Shown in pieces: positions 9,008 to 18,378 of a stretch of 64,000 nucleotides of DNA. The stretch covers positions 864,001-928,000 of the forward strand of contig CBDFIQ010000001.1 in assembly GCA_965248195.1 (NCBI GenBank), in the 5' to 3' direction. The DNA is from Longimicrobiales bacterium (GTDB lineage Bacteria; Gemmatimonadota; Gemmatimonadetes; Longimicrobiales; Gaopeijiaceae). The translations under genes were made by a program, and so were the position numbers. The first letter of the stretch is position 1. Every line of letters begins with the position of its first letter. The notes below the pieces were generated by a model that was given only the letters and a program-made list of their open reading frames with translations, had not been told where the DNA came from and searched no databases.

Positions 9008-10383
9008 GGTAGTGTCCCTAGATTTGTGTAAAAGCGGATAAGCTGGACAGGAGGGAAAGAAAAACGGAAGCTCCTCTGTTGTTGTTCACTGTCACATGAA
9101 CCCGGGAGTCCGGGTCTGCAGAGCAGGCTCGGAACCGGAGAGGAGCTTCCGATGCAAGAGATTGTGGAGATCGGTCGGGCCACGCAAGACGAGCTACGCG
9201 ATGATTTGCGCGAGCTGTTTCAAGGCGCGATCCGGCTGACGCTCGAGATGGTGCTGGAAGAGGAGCTGAAGGCCATGGTAGGTGCACGCCGCTTCGAGCG
9301 GGTGGGAAGCCGGAAGGACCATAGGAACGGCACATACCTGAGGCGGCTGCTGACGAGCCTGGGGCAGATCGAGGTCGCCATGCCCCGGAGCCGGGACAAC
9401 GGTTCGCCGGCCGACGTGATCGGCCGCTACCAGCGCAGGAGCCCCGAGCTCGACGAGATGATGGTCGAGGCGTATGTGAGCGGCGTGTCACAGCGCAAGA
9501 TGGGCGACGTCACCGAGGCGCTGATGGGCGAGCGTGTTGGGCGCTCGACGGTGAGTCGTGTGGCAAAACGGCTCGACGAGGCCGTGGAAGGGCTGCGCCG
9601 TGCGCCGATCGAGGGGCCTCACCCCTATCTGTACCTGGACGCCACGTTCTTGGACGCCCGCTGGGCCCGCAAAGTCGAGAACGTGAGTGCGCTCGTGGCG
9701 TATGCAGTGGGCCCTGAGGGTCACCGACGGCTCCTGGCCGTCACGCTGGGCGCTGAGGAGTCGCAGCAGAGCTGGTCGGAGCTCCTCGAGCAACTCCAGG
9801 ACCGCGGCCTCGGCGGTGTCGAGCTCGTGATCGCCGATGAGCACGCAGGCCTGGCAGCTGCGGTCCGCCGCTTCCTGCCCGAGGCACGCCGTCAGAGGTG
9901 TACGGTCCATCTGCAGCGTAATGTGGGGGCGAGGGTCCCCCACCGCTTACGCAAGCGCGTGGCGCGTGAGGTCTCGGTGATCTTCCAGACATCCGGACTC
10001 GCCGAGGCGAAGAAGCTCCTGGGCGAGTTCGGCGCACGCTGGAAGAAGGAGCTGCCCGAGGCCGTGGAGGTCCTGGAGCGGGGCTTCGGGGCAGCGACGC
10101 AGTTCTACGCGTTCCCCGAGGCGCACTGGCCCCGGCTGCGTACCACCAACAGCCTCGAGCGGCTGCACGGCGAGATCAAACGCAGGATCAAGGCCGCCGG
10201 CGCCTTCCCGGACCGGGCCAGCGCCCTCAGGCTCATCACGGCCGTCGCACTCAGGACCACACACGTCTGGGGCGACCGGCGTTACCTCGACCTCTCACTC
10301 CTCCAGAAACAGGAGGTCGCCCAAGCAGCCTAGCCGAAGGCGAGGAGCTTCCTCCGCTTTTACACACAAATCGGGACTTGACC
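9008..10383 (+). mobile_element. IS256-family insertion sequence, ~31-bp imperfect IRs, no target duplication
   Basis: GGTAGTGTCCCTAGATTTGTGTAAAAGCGGA versus reverse complement GGTCAAGTCCCGATTTGTGTGTAAAAGCGGA. Flanks GGGAGCCC and ATCTCGAA differ. Confidence 0.9.
9152..10333 (+). CDS. IS256-family (Mutator) transposase
   Basis: RNGTYLR, YVSGVSQRK, YLYLDAT, QRCTVHLQRN and RTTNSLERLHGEIKRR motifs; GAGGAG RBS. Confidence 0.96.
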   Translation: MQEIVEIGRATQDELRDDLRELFQGAIRLTLEMVLEEELKAMVGARRFERVGSRKDHRNGTYLRRLLTSLGQIEVAMPRSRDNGSPADVIGRYQRRSPELDEMMVEAYVSGVSQRKMGDVTEALMGERVGRSTVSRVAKRLDEAVEGLRRAPIEGPHPYLYLDATFLDARWARKVENVSALVAYAVGPEGHRRLLAVTLGAEESQQSWSELLEQLQDRGLGGVELVIADEHAGLAAAVRRFLPEARRQRCTVHLQRNVGARVPHRLRKRVAREVSVIFQTSGLAEAKKLLGEFGARWKKELPEAVEVLERGFGAATQFYAFPEAHWPRLRTTNSLERLHGEIKRRIKAAGAFPDRASALRLITAVALRTTHVWGDRRYLDLSLLQKQEVAQAA

Positions 10384-10676
10384 ATCTCGAACTGGCATGG
10401 GTGTTCAACAACTTCCTGTTCCACCGGGACCAACGCTGCTGGGTCGTTCAGCTCGAGCCGGCGGAGCGTACCGCCCTCGAGGACCGATTCAACGACGTGC
10501 TCCGCGTACACGCCGACTTCGTCGGGGTCTGGAGCCAAGTGGACTTCAACGAAGGCATGCTCCCTTTCAAGGAGCTGCTCAACATCACTACGTACCCGGG
10601 TGGCCCCCAGCTCTGCTACACAAAGGGGACCGACGTGAGGGTTCCTGCCACGACCCCAAGTACTATGAATAGGTGA
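10384..10676 (+). pseudogene. 3' fragment of an unknown gene truncated at the IS256 right end
   Basis: The frame is open from the IS edge (LELAWVFNNFLFHRDQRCWVVQ...), with GC-rich third codon positions and no RBS or start of its own. Confidence 0.5.
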
Positions 10677-10741
10677 TCTATCCGGTGTGGGACCGACGTG
10701 CAGTAACTAGCGGCGTGGACGGCGAGTCTGGCGGTAACCCG

Positions 10742-11902
10742 TTAGGAGGCACACGAACTAGCGTCGACGATCTCTTGCCGCACCCAACCGTTCTTCTCCC
10801 GTTGCGAAAATTCCAGGAGTGACGCGCGGGCCTCCCTGGTGCCGACCCGACCCAGTGCCCACACCGCATGCCCGCGCACCAGTACCTCCCCATCCGCGAG
10901 AGCCCGGACAAGAACCGGCACCGCCTCCGGTGCCCCCCAGTTGCCGAGCGCTACACAGACGTTGCGCAGCAGCCCGGCCCGCTTGGCTCGGGTGATGGCC
11001 GAGTCTCGGAACACCTCACGAAACTCTTGCTGGTCTAGGCTCAACAGCTTTTCGGCCAGCTCCACAAGCGACGGCCCGTCCAGCCCCTCTCTCGCCCGGT
11101 AGGCCTCATCTTCTGCTGGCCGAGCAAACCGCTCGTTCCACGGGCAAACCTCCTGACAGATGTCACATCCGTACACTCGGTTCCCCATGAGCGGCCGGAG
11201 CTCGACGGGTATCGGGCCCCGATGCTCGATGGTCAGGTAGGAGATACACCGTGTGGCGTCCATTACCGGGGCCCCCGACGCATCCCGCCCCAGCAACGCT
11301 CCGGTGGGGCACGCATCCAAACAACTCCGGCACGTCCCGCAGTGGTCCTCCAGGAACGGAGCGTCGGCATCGAGCTCCAGGTCTAGAAGCAGCAACCCCA
11401 GAAAAAAATAGGAACCCTGTTTCGGGTGGATCAGCATCGTGTTCTTCCCGAACCAGCCGACGCCCGCACGCAACGCCATTTCCCGCTCCAGAATGGGGCC
11501 GGTATCCACATAGACGCGTCCCTCGACAGGTCCTTCCACGGATGCGTTAATCCAGCCGTGCAGCTCGAGAAGCCGCTTCTTGATGGTGCCGTGGTAGTCC
11601 TGCCCGCGCGCGTAACGGGCGATCACGCCCCTCGCAGGATCGGCGGGTACGCCGGGGGGGTCCTCCTGGAAGTACTCATGACCGACCACGACCGCCGATC
11701 GAATCGACGGCAAGGTTCGCCGGAGATCACCGCGCCGAGCGACGGCGTCCTCACGGGCGAGATACGCCATCTCCCCGTGCCTGCCGTCCTCCAACCATCG
11801 GCCATAGAGATCCAGATGATCGCTCGGTTCGACCGTGGCGACCCCCACCAAACTGAAGCCCAGCCCTCGGGCCTGCTGCTTGAGGCGGGTAGTCAGCGTC
11901 AC
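10742..11902 (-). CDS. queG: tRNA epoxyqueuosine(34) reductase QueG with C-terminal HEAT repeats
   Basis: ARYARGQDYH, VDTGPILERE, CGTCRSCLDACPT, CISYLTIE and GCDICQEVCPWN motifs. The GTG start overlaps the upstream TGA (GTGA). Confidence 0.95.
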   Translation of the reverse strand: MTLTTRLKQQARGLGFSLVGVATVEPSDHLDLYGRWLEDGRHGEMAYLAREDAVARRGDLRRTLPSIRSAVVVGHEYFQEDPPGVPADPARGVIARYARGQDYHGTIKKRLLELHGWINASVEGPVEGRVYVDTGPILEREMALRAGVGWFGKNTMLIHPKQGSYFFLGLLLLDLELDADAPFLEDHCGTCRSCLDACPTGALLGRDASGAPVMDATRCISYLTIEHRGPIPVELRPLMGNRVYGCDICQEVCPWNERFARPAEDEAYRAREGLDGPSLVELAEKLLSLDQQEFREVFRDSAITRAKRAGLLRNVCVALGNWGAPEAVPVLVRALADGEVLVRGHAVWALGRVGTREARASLLEFSQREKNGWVRQEIVDASSCAS

Positions 11903-13041
11903 ACCCGGTACTCCCTCCCTTTCCACTCGACATGGCCTCCGCGCATCCAACTCCTAAGAAAGATGTAGCTCACCACTCCGGCCGCTAGTGGATAGAACAG
12001 GCTGGTCCAGAGCGGCGCTCGGAGACGCCAACTGGTAAGGCTCCAAATGAGGACGCTGAATCCCGCGATCGAGGCCGACCATATCCGCCAGCTCTCTGGT
12101 CCGACCCCCGCAAGAGACATAAGCAGGATCACGGGAGGAACGATCCAGATCGCCACGCTGACCACGATCGCGGTCGGCATGACGATCGGAGCAGCCCAGC
12201 GTGGAACGGCTTGGCGAGCCCCCAGGGACACGTTCTTCGACCAGCCATCGATCAACTCATCCAGCGACCTGTACATCCGAGTTGCGAACACGGTCTCGCC
12301 ATCGCGGACCACGAGCCGTTTTCCGGATCTACACAGGATCTGCGCCAACCGCTGGTCCTCGACGACCTCCCACTTTACGGCTTCATGGCCTCCGATTTCC
12401 TCGTACGCGCCTCGGTCGAAGAGAATGAACTGCCCGTTGGCGATCGCATTCCGCCAGCGCTCGGGAGGACGGGGTTTCCCGGGGTTCGGAAAGCGAAATA
12501 CGATCGCCGCCATCATGTGGGTCTGAACCAACCGCTCCCAGAACGTGCCCATGAGTTGCCGGCCCAACAACGTGAGGGCATCTCCTTCGTCCTCGACTAT
12601 CTCCGCTACGGCGCGCCCCAGCAAATCGGGGGCGTGAATGGTATCGGCGTCGGTGAATAGCAGCAGATCTCCCTTCGCCGCCCGGGCCCCCTGCGCGCAC
12701 GCCCAGGGTTTGCCCATCCACCCATCGGGGAGATCCTGTCCTTCGACCACCACAATCCTCCGGGCGTGGTTTGGCGGGACCGCCCGCGCCATCTCCAGGG
12801 TGGCATCGTCGCTCCGGTCATCCACGACGAACACCTCGAAGTCCGGATAGTCCGAGGCGCAGATCGACTCGACGCAAGAACGGATGCTTCTCTCTTCGTT
12901 TCGGGCCGGTACGATGATGCTCACAAGCGGAGCCGCCCGATCCGCTACGTCCACCGCCGCTAGCGGAGGTGGAAGCCTGACTTTAATCAGTAGGTAGAGC
13001 GCGAGCGCGATCCAGGGGGCGAATGCGAAAGGAGGTGGCAT
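11899..13041 (-). CDS. Membrane GT2 glycosyltransferase (CrtQ/CruC/HpnB-like)
   Basis: VPARNEE, DDRSDD, GWMGKPWAC, FTDAD, ANGQFILF and VVED motifs; C-terminal TM helices. Confidence 0.88.
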   Translation of the reverse strand: MPPPFAFAPWIALALYLLIKVRLPPPLAAVDVADRAAPLVSIIVPARNEERSIRSCVESICASDYPDFEVFVVDDRSDDATLEMARAVPPNHARRIVVVEGQDLPDGWMGKPWACAQGARAAKGDLLLFTDADTIHAPDLLGRAVAEIVEDEGDALTLLGRQLMGTFWERLVQTHMMAAIVFRFPNPGKPRPPERWRNAIANGQFILFDRGAYEEIGGHEAVKWEVVEDQRLAQILCRSGKRLVVRDGETVFATRMYRSLDELIDGWSKNVSLGARQAVPRWAAPIVMPTAIVVSVAIWIVPPVILLMSLAGVGPESWRIWSASIAGFSVLIWSLTSWRLRAPLWTSLFYPLAAGVVSYIFLRSWMRGGHVEWKGREYRV

Positions 13042-13094
13042 GGGCGTTGATCCACCTTCCGGCCTCTGGGCTTACCAGCCGGAACCGGTTCCGC

Positions 13095-14069
13095 CTATAA
13101 CACCGGGCGGCTGACGCGGACGGTGACCCGCTTGTCCGTGAAGAGTCCGCCGTCGTCGGCCCGGCCCTGAAGCACGTACGTGCCGGGCACATGGAACGTC
13201 AGCTCCGTGACCCAGCGCCCATCCTCCGGCAACTCCGGGGGCACCCAGAAGGAGGACCAGGGAGAGTTGGAGTATGGGCGGGTGTCCTCCCAGGTCGCGA
13301 TCTGCCCAGGCCAAAAGCTCACGTCACCACCCACAGGCCCGCGATAGACATACCAGGACATATGAAGGCCCATGACCTTCTGCACGGTGATTCGTGAGGG
13401 AGTGCGCATAGCCGCGGCAAGATTCAGCGTCCCGTCGTCTTTGAGGGGCAGCCGCGACCGTGTGCTCCGGTTCGGAAGGCCGTCGTCGGTGACGTGGGCC
13501 GCGAGGGTCACAGGCTGACCCACTCGAGCCTCGATAACGGTGTCAACCTCCAGTTCGACGACCGGGGGTTGGTGTGCCCGAAGCTCCGGATCGCTGGAGC
13601 CGGGCCCGAGCGTCCCTGTCTCCGACATGATCACCATGTTGTCCACATAGTAGTCGGGCCTCAACGAGGCGTAAGCCTTCCTCTCTTGTCCCTGGACCCT
13701 GAGCGTCCAAACCAACTCCTGTTCGCCGAAGTCTGCCGGCACCCGGACCTTGAAGACAAACCGGTTGCGGCGGGGAAGGAAATGGGTGGGTTGTCCCCGA
13801 TCGGCGCTCCCCGGCGAAAAGTTGTTGTCGGATCCGACCGGGATGTCCGGCTCCGCTTCCCAGTTCCGGTTCAAGTAGCCGAAGAGGAGGCTGAACGAGC
13901 CGTCCGCGTTTCCTTCCCAGCCCTCGAAGGATGGAGAGAGGATCTGGCCACTCGAGTACGTAAGACCCTGGGCCGAAGCCGAATGCGTCCCCGCCGCCAA
14001 GGCCACGACGCCAAAGACGCATCCCGCACAAACGGCTCTTCGCAGCCGCCAAAACCGACGTGCCACCAT
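13095..14069 (-). CDS. Secreted conserved hypothetical protein, partner of the upstream cytochrome c/Cu protein
   Basis: Signal peptide (ASA-QG). Motifs FEGWEGNADGSFSLLFGYLNRN and GQPTHFLPRR; Ig/PKD-like C-terminal strand (FHVPGTYVLQGRADDG). Confidence 0.75.
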   Translation of the reverse strand: MVARRFWRLRRAVCAGCVFGVVALAAGTHSASAQGLTYSSGQILSPSFEGWEGNADGSFSLLFGYLNRNWEAEPDIPVGSDNNFSPGSADRGQPTHFLPRRNRFVFKVRVPADFGEQELVWTLRVQGQERKAYASLRPDYYVDNMVIMSETGTLGPGSSDPELRAHQPPVVELEVDTVIEARVGQPVTLAAHVTDDGLPNRSTRSRLPLKDDGTLNLAAAMRTPSRITVQKVMGLHMSWYVYRGPVGGDVSFWPGQIATWEDTRPYSNSPWSSFWVPPELPEDGRWVTELTFHVPGTYVLQGRADDGGLFTDKRVTVRVSRPVL

Positions 14070-14130
14070 TTTATCTACCTGTCCTCGTCCATTGGTCATC
14101 AGCCGGCGGGTCCCCGTCTTGGTCCTACGA

Positions 14131-15606
14131 TCAGTCTGGCTGCGCGCCCGAGTCATCATCGGCGGCTTTGGCTGGCGGCGTCGCCACCGTGGCCAGGCAA
14201 AGCGGGCACCCGATGACGTAGTCGTTCTTGGTCAGGTTGAGTTTTTCCACCCGCTCGGCCATCTCCTCCACGAACTGCTCGTCGGTGAGACCGACGCGCT
14301 CGCCCAGATCGATAAACATGTTGGCCACCGACCGATTGCCCGATCCTTGCCAGTTCCTCGGGTCAGGGATGTTCTGGTTCGTCACGGTGTTGTTCATGTA
14401 GCCGGTGATGTGGAGGATCGTGCCCTTGGGAAGCAGGGGCTGGTAGTCGTTGGCGAAGACGTAGGTGCGGACCCAGTTGTGGTCGTAGCCGACACAGGAC
14501 AGAGTCTCGGCCTTGAACCCCCAGATGGCCTCCAGGCACATCCGCTCACCCGGAGCGTGCAGGTGCGGCTCGAAGCTGATGATCTTGGTGTGCTGCGTCG
14601 TCACCGTGTAGGCGTCGAGCCGCTGGCCGGCCATGTTGGCCTCGATATCGATGTCCGAGCCGTTGGCAAGAGAGGTGATGCCACCCCGGTACTTCGGCTC
14701 GTATCCGATCGGGTGCAGCTCGAAGGCGATCTCCAGGCGGGCCCTGGTGTCCCGACCGTTCGAGTGGAGATGGATCGACTCGGATTCGACCTGCGAGCCT
14801 GCCTTCAACAGCCGGCCTGCGCCTGGATCGAAGAGGTCGGGGTTCCGGCCCACCTCATGTACAGGCCAGGACGTCCTCTGACGGGTTCCTGGCACCTGCG
14901 TTCGCCAGATCATGTGGTGGACGACGTACCTTCTGCCCACCGTCTCCCGGCCGTCGTCTTGATTGCTTGATACATCATTGACTTCGCGCACCTGCACGGC
15001 CGCAGCGTATCGGTCCTCTTCCAAACCCAGCGGGATGCTCTCGATCTCACCCCACCAGTCTGCATCCGAGCCCCTCACCAAGATCTCTTCGGAGCTCACG
15101 ACGATGTCGGGCCGGATGGTCCATTCACCGCTGTCGTCGAATATCCTGGCCGGGGGCAGATCCGCCGGATCACCTTCGGGCGAGCCGTTGTCCGCCCAAG
15201 CGGCGATCATCGCGACCTCCTCATCGTTGAGGGAGGTGTCCTGCTTGTACTCCTGGATGCCGATGTTCTTCTCGACGTACCAGGGCGGCATGGCACCCGC
15301 GCGATCACGGATCGCGGTGCGCTCCTTGATCCTCCGGGAAAAGCGCCGCGCGTCTTGGTACGTGACGAGCGACATGGGGGCGACGCCTACCGGGTTATGG
15401 CAATTCTGGCAACTACGCTGCAGGATCGGCGCGATGTCCCTGCTGAACGTCACGTCTTCCGGATTGAAGCCGGACTCGGAGGTGGAAGCAAATGTCTGCG
15501 CTGCGAGTGCGAATGGCACCATCAGGAGGAAGGCGGCCGGGAGAATCAGAATCCGACCGAACGTGTCTTTCCACCCGAAATTCAATCCGTAACGCATCGT
15601 TTTCAC
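14131..15606 (-). CDS. Secreted cytochrome c - copper type II (PHM/DBH-like) monooxygenase fusion
   Basis: Signal peptide; CQNCH haem motif plus MPPW; HHM, HLH (SIHLH), PHLH and late NMF as candidate Cu ligands. Confidence 0.75.
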   Translation of the reverse strand: MKTMRYGLNFGWKDTFGRILILPAAFLLMVPFALAAQTFASTSESGFNPEDVTFSRDIAPILQRSCQNCHNPVGVAPMSLVTYQDARRFSRRIKERTAIRDRAGAMPPWYVEKNIGIQEYKQDTSLNDEEVAMIAAWADNGSPEGDPADLPPARIFDDSGEWTIRPDIVVSSEEILVRGSDADWWGEIESIPLGLEEDRYAAAVQVREVNDVSSNQDDGRETVGRRYVVHHMIWRTQVPGTRQRTSWPVHEVGRNPDLFDPGAGRLLKAGSQVESESIHLHSNGRDTRARLEIAFELHPIGYEPKYRGGITSLANGSDIDIEANMAGQRLDAYTVTTQHTKIISFEPHLHAPGERMCLEAIWGFKAETLSCVGYDHNWVRTYVFANDYQPLLPKGTILHITGYMNNTVTNQNIPDPRNWQGSGNRSVANMFIDLGERVGLTDEQFVEEMAERVEKLNLTKNDYVIGCPLCLATVATPPAKAADDDSGAQPD

Positions 15607-15704
15607 TCCGATCGCGGGAGATCGTTTTGGGCGCCGAGAAAAGACTCCACGGCGGCCCTAACAATAGTTGAAAAACCACGAGTAGGTCAAAAGGGGAAAG
15701 GGTG

Positions 15705-16076
15705 CTACTCCACCTTCTTCGCCCAGCGCTCCCCGTCCCGGGTGCCGTACTTATCCATCACCCGGTCGAAGGCCTGGTCGAGGTCGATCCCCTGTTCGTT
15801 GGCCATGCACAAGACCACGAACAACACGTCGGCCAGCTCTTCGGCCATGTCCTGCTCGGTCTCGTCGGGCTTCTTGGGCTTTGTACCGTAGCGGTGGTTC
15901 ACCAGGCGTGCGAGCTCCCCAACCTCCTCCATGAGCCGGGCGAGGTTGGCCAGCGGCGGCCAATAGCCCTCTTCGAATTGTGAGATCCACTCGTCGACCC
16001 GGCGCTGGGCTTCCATCAGGTTCCCGACATTGCCGATCGGACCGTCGGCGTCCATGGGACTCCTGCCGGTGATCAC
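15705..16076 (-). CDS. MazG-like nucleotide pyrophosphohydrolase (YpjD-like)
   Basis: NLARLMEEVGELAR and EELADVLFV motifs. Confidence 0.9.
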   Translation of the reverse strand: MITGRSPMDADGPIGNVGNLMEAQRRVDEWISQFEEGYWPPLANLARLMEEVGELARLVNHRYGTKPKKPDETEQDMAEELADVLFVVLCMANEQGIDLDQAFDRVMDKYGTRDGERWAKKVE

Positions 16077-17110
16077 GGGACCAACACAAGTTTGCCGAAC
16101 ACCTCACCCGCCTCGAGAAGCTCGTGGGCGCGGCGAGACTCCTCGAGTGGGATCACTTCATGGACGCTTGGGGTGAGCCGGCCCTCGAACACCAGGTTCA
16201 TGACGCGCCGGAAGTCCTCCGGAGGTCCCATCGTGCTTCCCAGGATGGAGAGTTGCTTCCAAAAAATCTGACGGATGTCACTCGTGACCGCCGGCCCCCC
16301 AGTACCGCCGTAAGACACGATGCGTCCCCTAACGGCGAGGGCCCGAAGGCACCCCTCCCATAGCGGCTCGCCGACCGAGTCCAGAATCAGATCGACTCCC
16401 TGCTTTTTCGTGTCGCGCCACAGTTCCTTCGAGAAATCCACCTCGAGCCGATCATACACCACGTCGGCGCCGAGCTCCTTCACCCGCTCCACGTTGGCTG
16501 GGCCACTAGTCAGCGCGTAAACGTGAGCCCCAGACAGCTTGGCGATCTGGATCGCGGCGGTGGACACACCGCCGGACGCCCCCGTCACCAAGACAGATTC
16601 TCCGGGTTTCAGACCCCCCCTGCCCAACAGCGCAGCCCACGCCGTCACGAACGTGAGGGGCGCCGCGGCAGCTGTCTCGAACGAGACCTCTTCCGGAATC
16701 TCGAACAGGTTGGCCGCGGGGGCCACAAAGTAATCTGCGAAACCCCCCTGCGTGTGTTCACCCAAAACCGTTAAGGGTGGGTCCGCGAACGAGGGACCTC
16801 GACCTGTGCGCCGGTACCACTCGTAGTTCAAGGACGGATCGGCGACCACCCGTGTCCCGATCGCCGCCCCACCTGCTCCCTCCTCCACCCCCGGGCCCAG
16901 CGCGTCCACCACGCCGGCAACGTCCGAGCCGCCGATGTGCGGCATGGAAATTTCGAAGGGAAGGCCTCGCCGTGCCCAGAGATCGAGGTGATTGAGGGAC
17001 GCCGCTCGCACAGCGATCCGTACATCGCCGGGACCGGGCTCCGGGGCCTCGACCTCCGCGATTCGGATCACCTCGGGTCCACCGTGTTCGGAAAAGAGGG
17101 CCGCGCGCAT
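16073..17110 (-). CDS. MDR-family (zinc-binding dehydrogenase-like) NAD(P)H:quinone oxidoreductase
   Basis: MRAA...GGPEV, SLNHLD, GSDVAGVV, GASGGV and FGKLVL motifs; no Zn-cysteine cluster. Confidence 0.88.
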   Translation of the reverse strand: MRAALFSEHGGPEVIRIAEVEAPEPGPGDVRIAVRAASLNHLDLWARRGLPFEISMPHIGGSDVAGVVDALGPGVEEGAGGAAIGTRVVADPSLNYEWYRRTGRGPSFADPPLTVLGEHTQGGFADYFVAPAANLFEIPEEVSFETAAAAPLTFVTAWAALLGRGGLKPGESVLVTGASGGVSTAAIQIAKLSGAHVYALTSGPANVERVKELGADVVYDRLEVDFSKELWRDTKKQGVDLILDSVGEPLWEGCLRALAVRGRIVSYGGTGGPAVTSDIRQIFWKQLSILGSTMGPPEDFRRVMNLVFEGRLTPSVHEVIPLEESRRAHELLEAGEVFGKLVLVP

Positions 17111-17307
17111 GCTGGCTCCGTGGCAAAGGGACGACGTGGGCGGGCGCAAAGAGTACCCCCGAGGCGGTCGCCCCAGCAAGCGTCTAGGCTGTCGGCTCCT
17201 CACGAGATCGGGGCTGTGCGCCGAGGCTGTGCGGCACCCCACGTCTGTCTTATCGTTGACCACCGCCTTCGACCACCCCTAAGAGCCTAGGAGACTGTCC
17301 GAGTAGC

Positions 17308-17697
17308 ATGGAGGATCGTGAGACCACACCCGGAGCCCCTACGCCGTTGGACGACGGCGCTGAGGATTCCGATTCGCTGGACGCTACCGACCTGACGCTC
17401 GGGGGTTACCTGGAGGTCCATGAGCGGCCCCCAGCCTTTGCGGGCTTGGACGAGCAACCCTACACCGTCTCGGTGGAGGTCGAGTCCGTGGAGAACCTCG
17501 CCACCCCCTACGTGGCTTACCTGGTCTTTCCACGATGGGCCGAGACGGGCCTCGGTATCGTGGGTCACCTGGAGACGCCCGTGCTGTCCGAGGGGAGGAG
17601 TCGGGACGAGGTTCAGGACCGAATCCATGCGCTCCCCCTCACCGAGGTCAAGCGCCTGCTGGACGAGGCAATTCAGCGTAAGTACGGGGACGCCTGA
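17308..17697 (+). CDS. Conserved hypothetical protein
   Basis: Coding-like ORF (TLGGYLEVHERPPAF motif) 3 nt upstream of queE; likely the same operon. Confidence 0.7.
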   Translation: MEDRETTPGAPTPLDDGAEDSDSLDATDLTLGGYLEVHERPPAFAGLDEQPYTVSVEVESVENLATPYVAYLVFPRWAETGLGIVGHLETPVLSEGRSRDEVQDRIHALPLTEVKRLLDEAIQRKYGDA

Positions 17698-17700
17698 GCC

Positions 17701-18378
17701 ATGAGTACAACCGGATCTCCCTTCCTCCGGATCACCGAGATCTTTCACTCCATCCAGGGCGAATCAACGTGGTCCGGCCTACCCTGCACGTTCGTGCGGC
17801 TGACCGGCTGCCCTCTCCGATGTGTGTGGTGCGACACCGAATACGCGTTCCACGGGGGCGAACGCCAGACCCTCGACGAGATCGTCCACGAAGTCCGTTC
17901 GATCGGGACGTCACTGGTCGAGATCACCGGCGGAGAGCCCTTGGCGCACCCTAATGCCTATCTACTCACCGAGCGTCTGCTCGACGAGGGGTTCACGGTC
18001 CTCGTGGAAACGTCCGGAGCGTTCGACGTGGCCCCGCTCGACCCCCGGGCGCACCGGATCATGGATCTCAAGTGTCCGGGTAGCGGGGAGAGCGACAAGA
18101 ATCTTTGGGAGAATCTGGACCATCTGACAGGCCTGGACGAGGTGAAGTTCGTGGTACTCGACCGGTCGGACTATGAGTGGGCGAGGGACACGATTCGGGA
18201 GCGTAGCCTCGACCGCCGCCTGGAAGAGGGCACGCTTCGCGAGCTCCTCATGTCACCCGTTTGGGACGCCTGCGATCTCCTCGATCTGGCCGACTGGATT
18301 CTCGAGGACCGCCTGCCGGTGCGACTCCAGACGCAGCTTCACAAACACATCTGGGACCCGGACGCCCAAGGCGTTTGA
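17701..18378 (+). CDS. queE: 7-carboxy-7-deazaguanine synthase QueE (radical SAM)
   Basis: EIFHSIQGE, FVRLTGCPLRCVWCDT, ITGGEP, VETSG and QLHKHIW motifs. Confidence 0.92.
   Translation: MSTTGSPFLRITEIFHSIQGESTWSGLPCTFVRLTGCPLRCVWCDTEYAFHGGERQTLDEIVHEVRSIGTSLVEITGGEPLAHPNAYLLTERLLDEGFTVLVETSGAFDVAPLDPRAHRIMDLKCPGSGESDKNLWENLDHLTGLDEVKFVVLDRSDYEWARDTIRERSLDRRLEEGTLRELLMSPVWDACDLLDLADWILEDRLPVRLQTQLHKHIWDPDAQGV

Noticed and set aside
698..10700. tRNA-anchored integrative island
   Set aside because: The IS-rich block lies on the 5' side of tRNA-Asn. No integrase and no duplicated tRNA 3' end (att site) were seen.
10626..10700. 12-bp direct repeat GGGACCGACGTG (10626, 10689) as a CRISPR or att remnant
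   Set aside because: Only two short copies, no cas or integrase gene; could be chance or a small scar.
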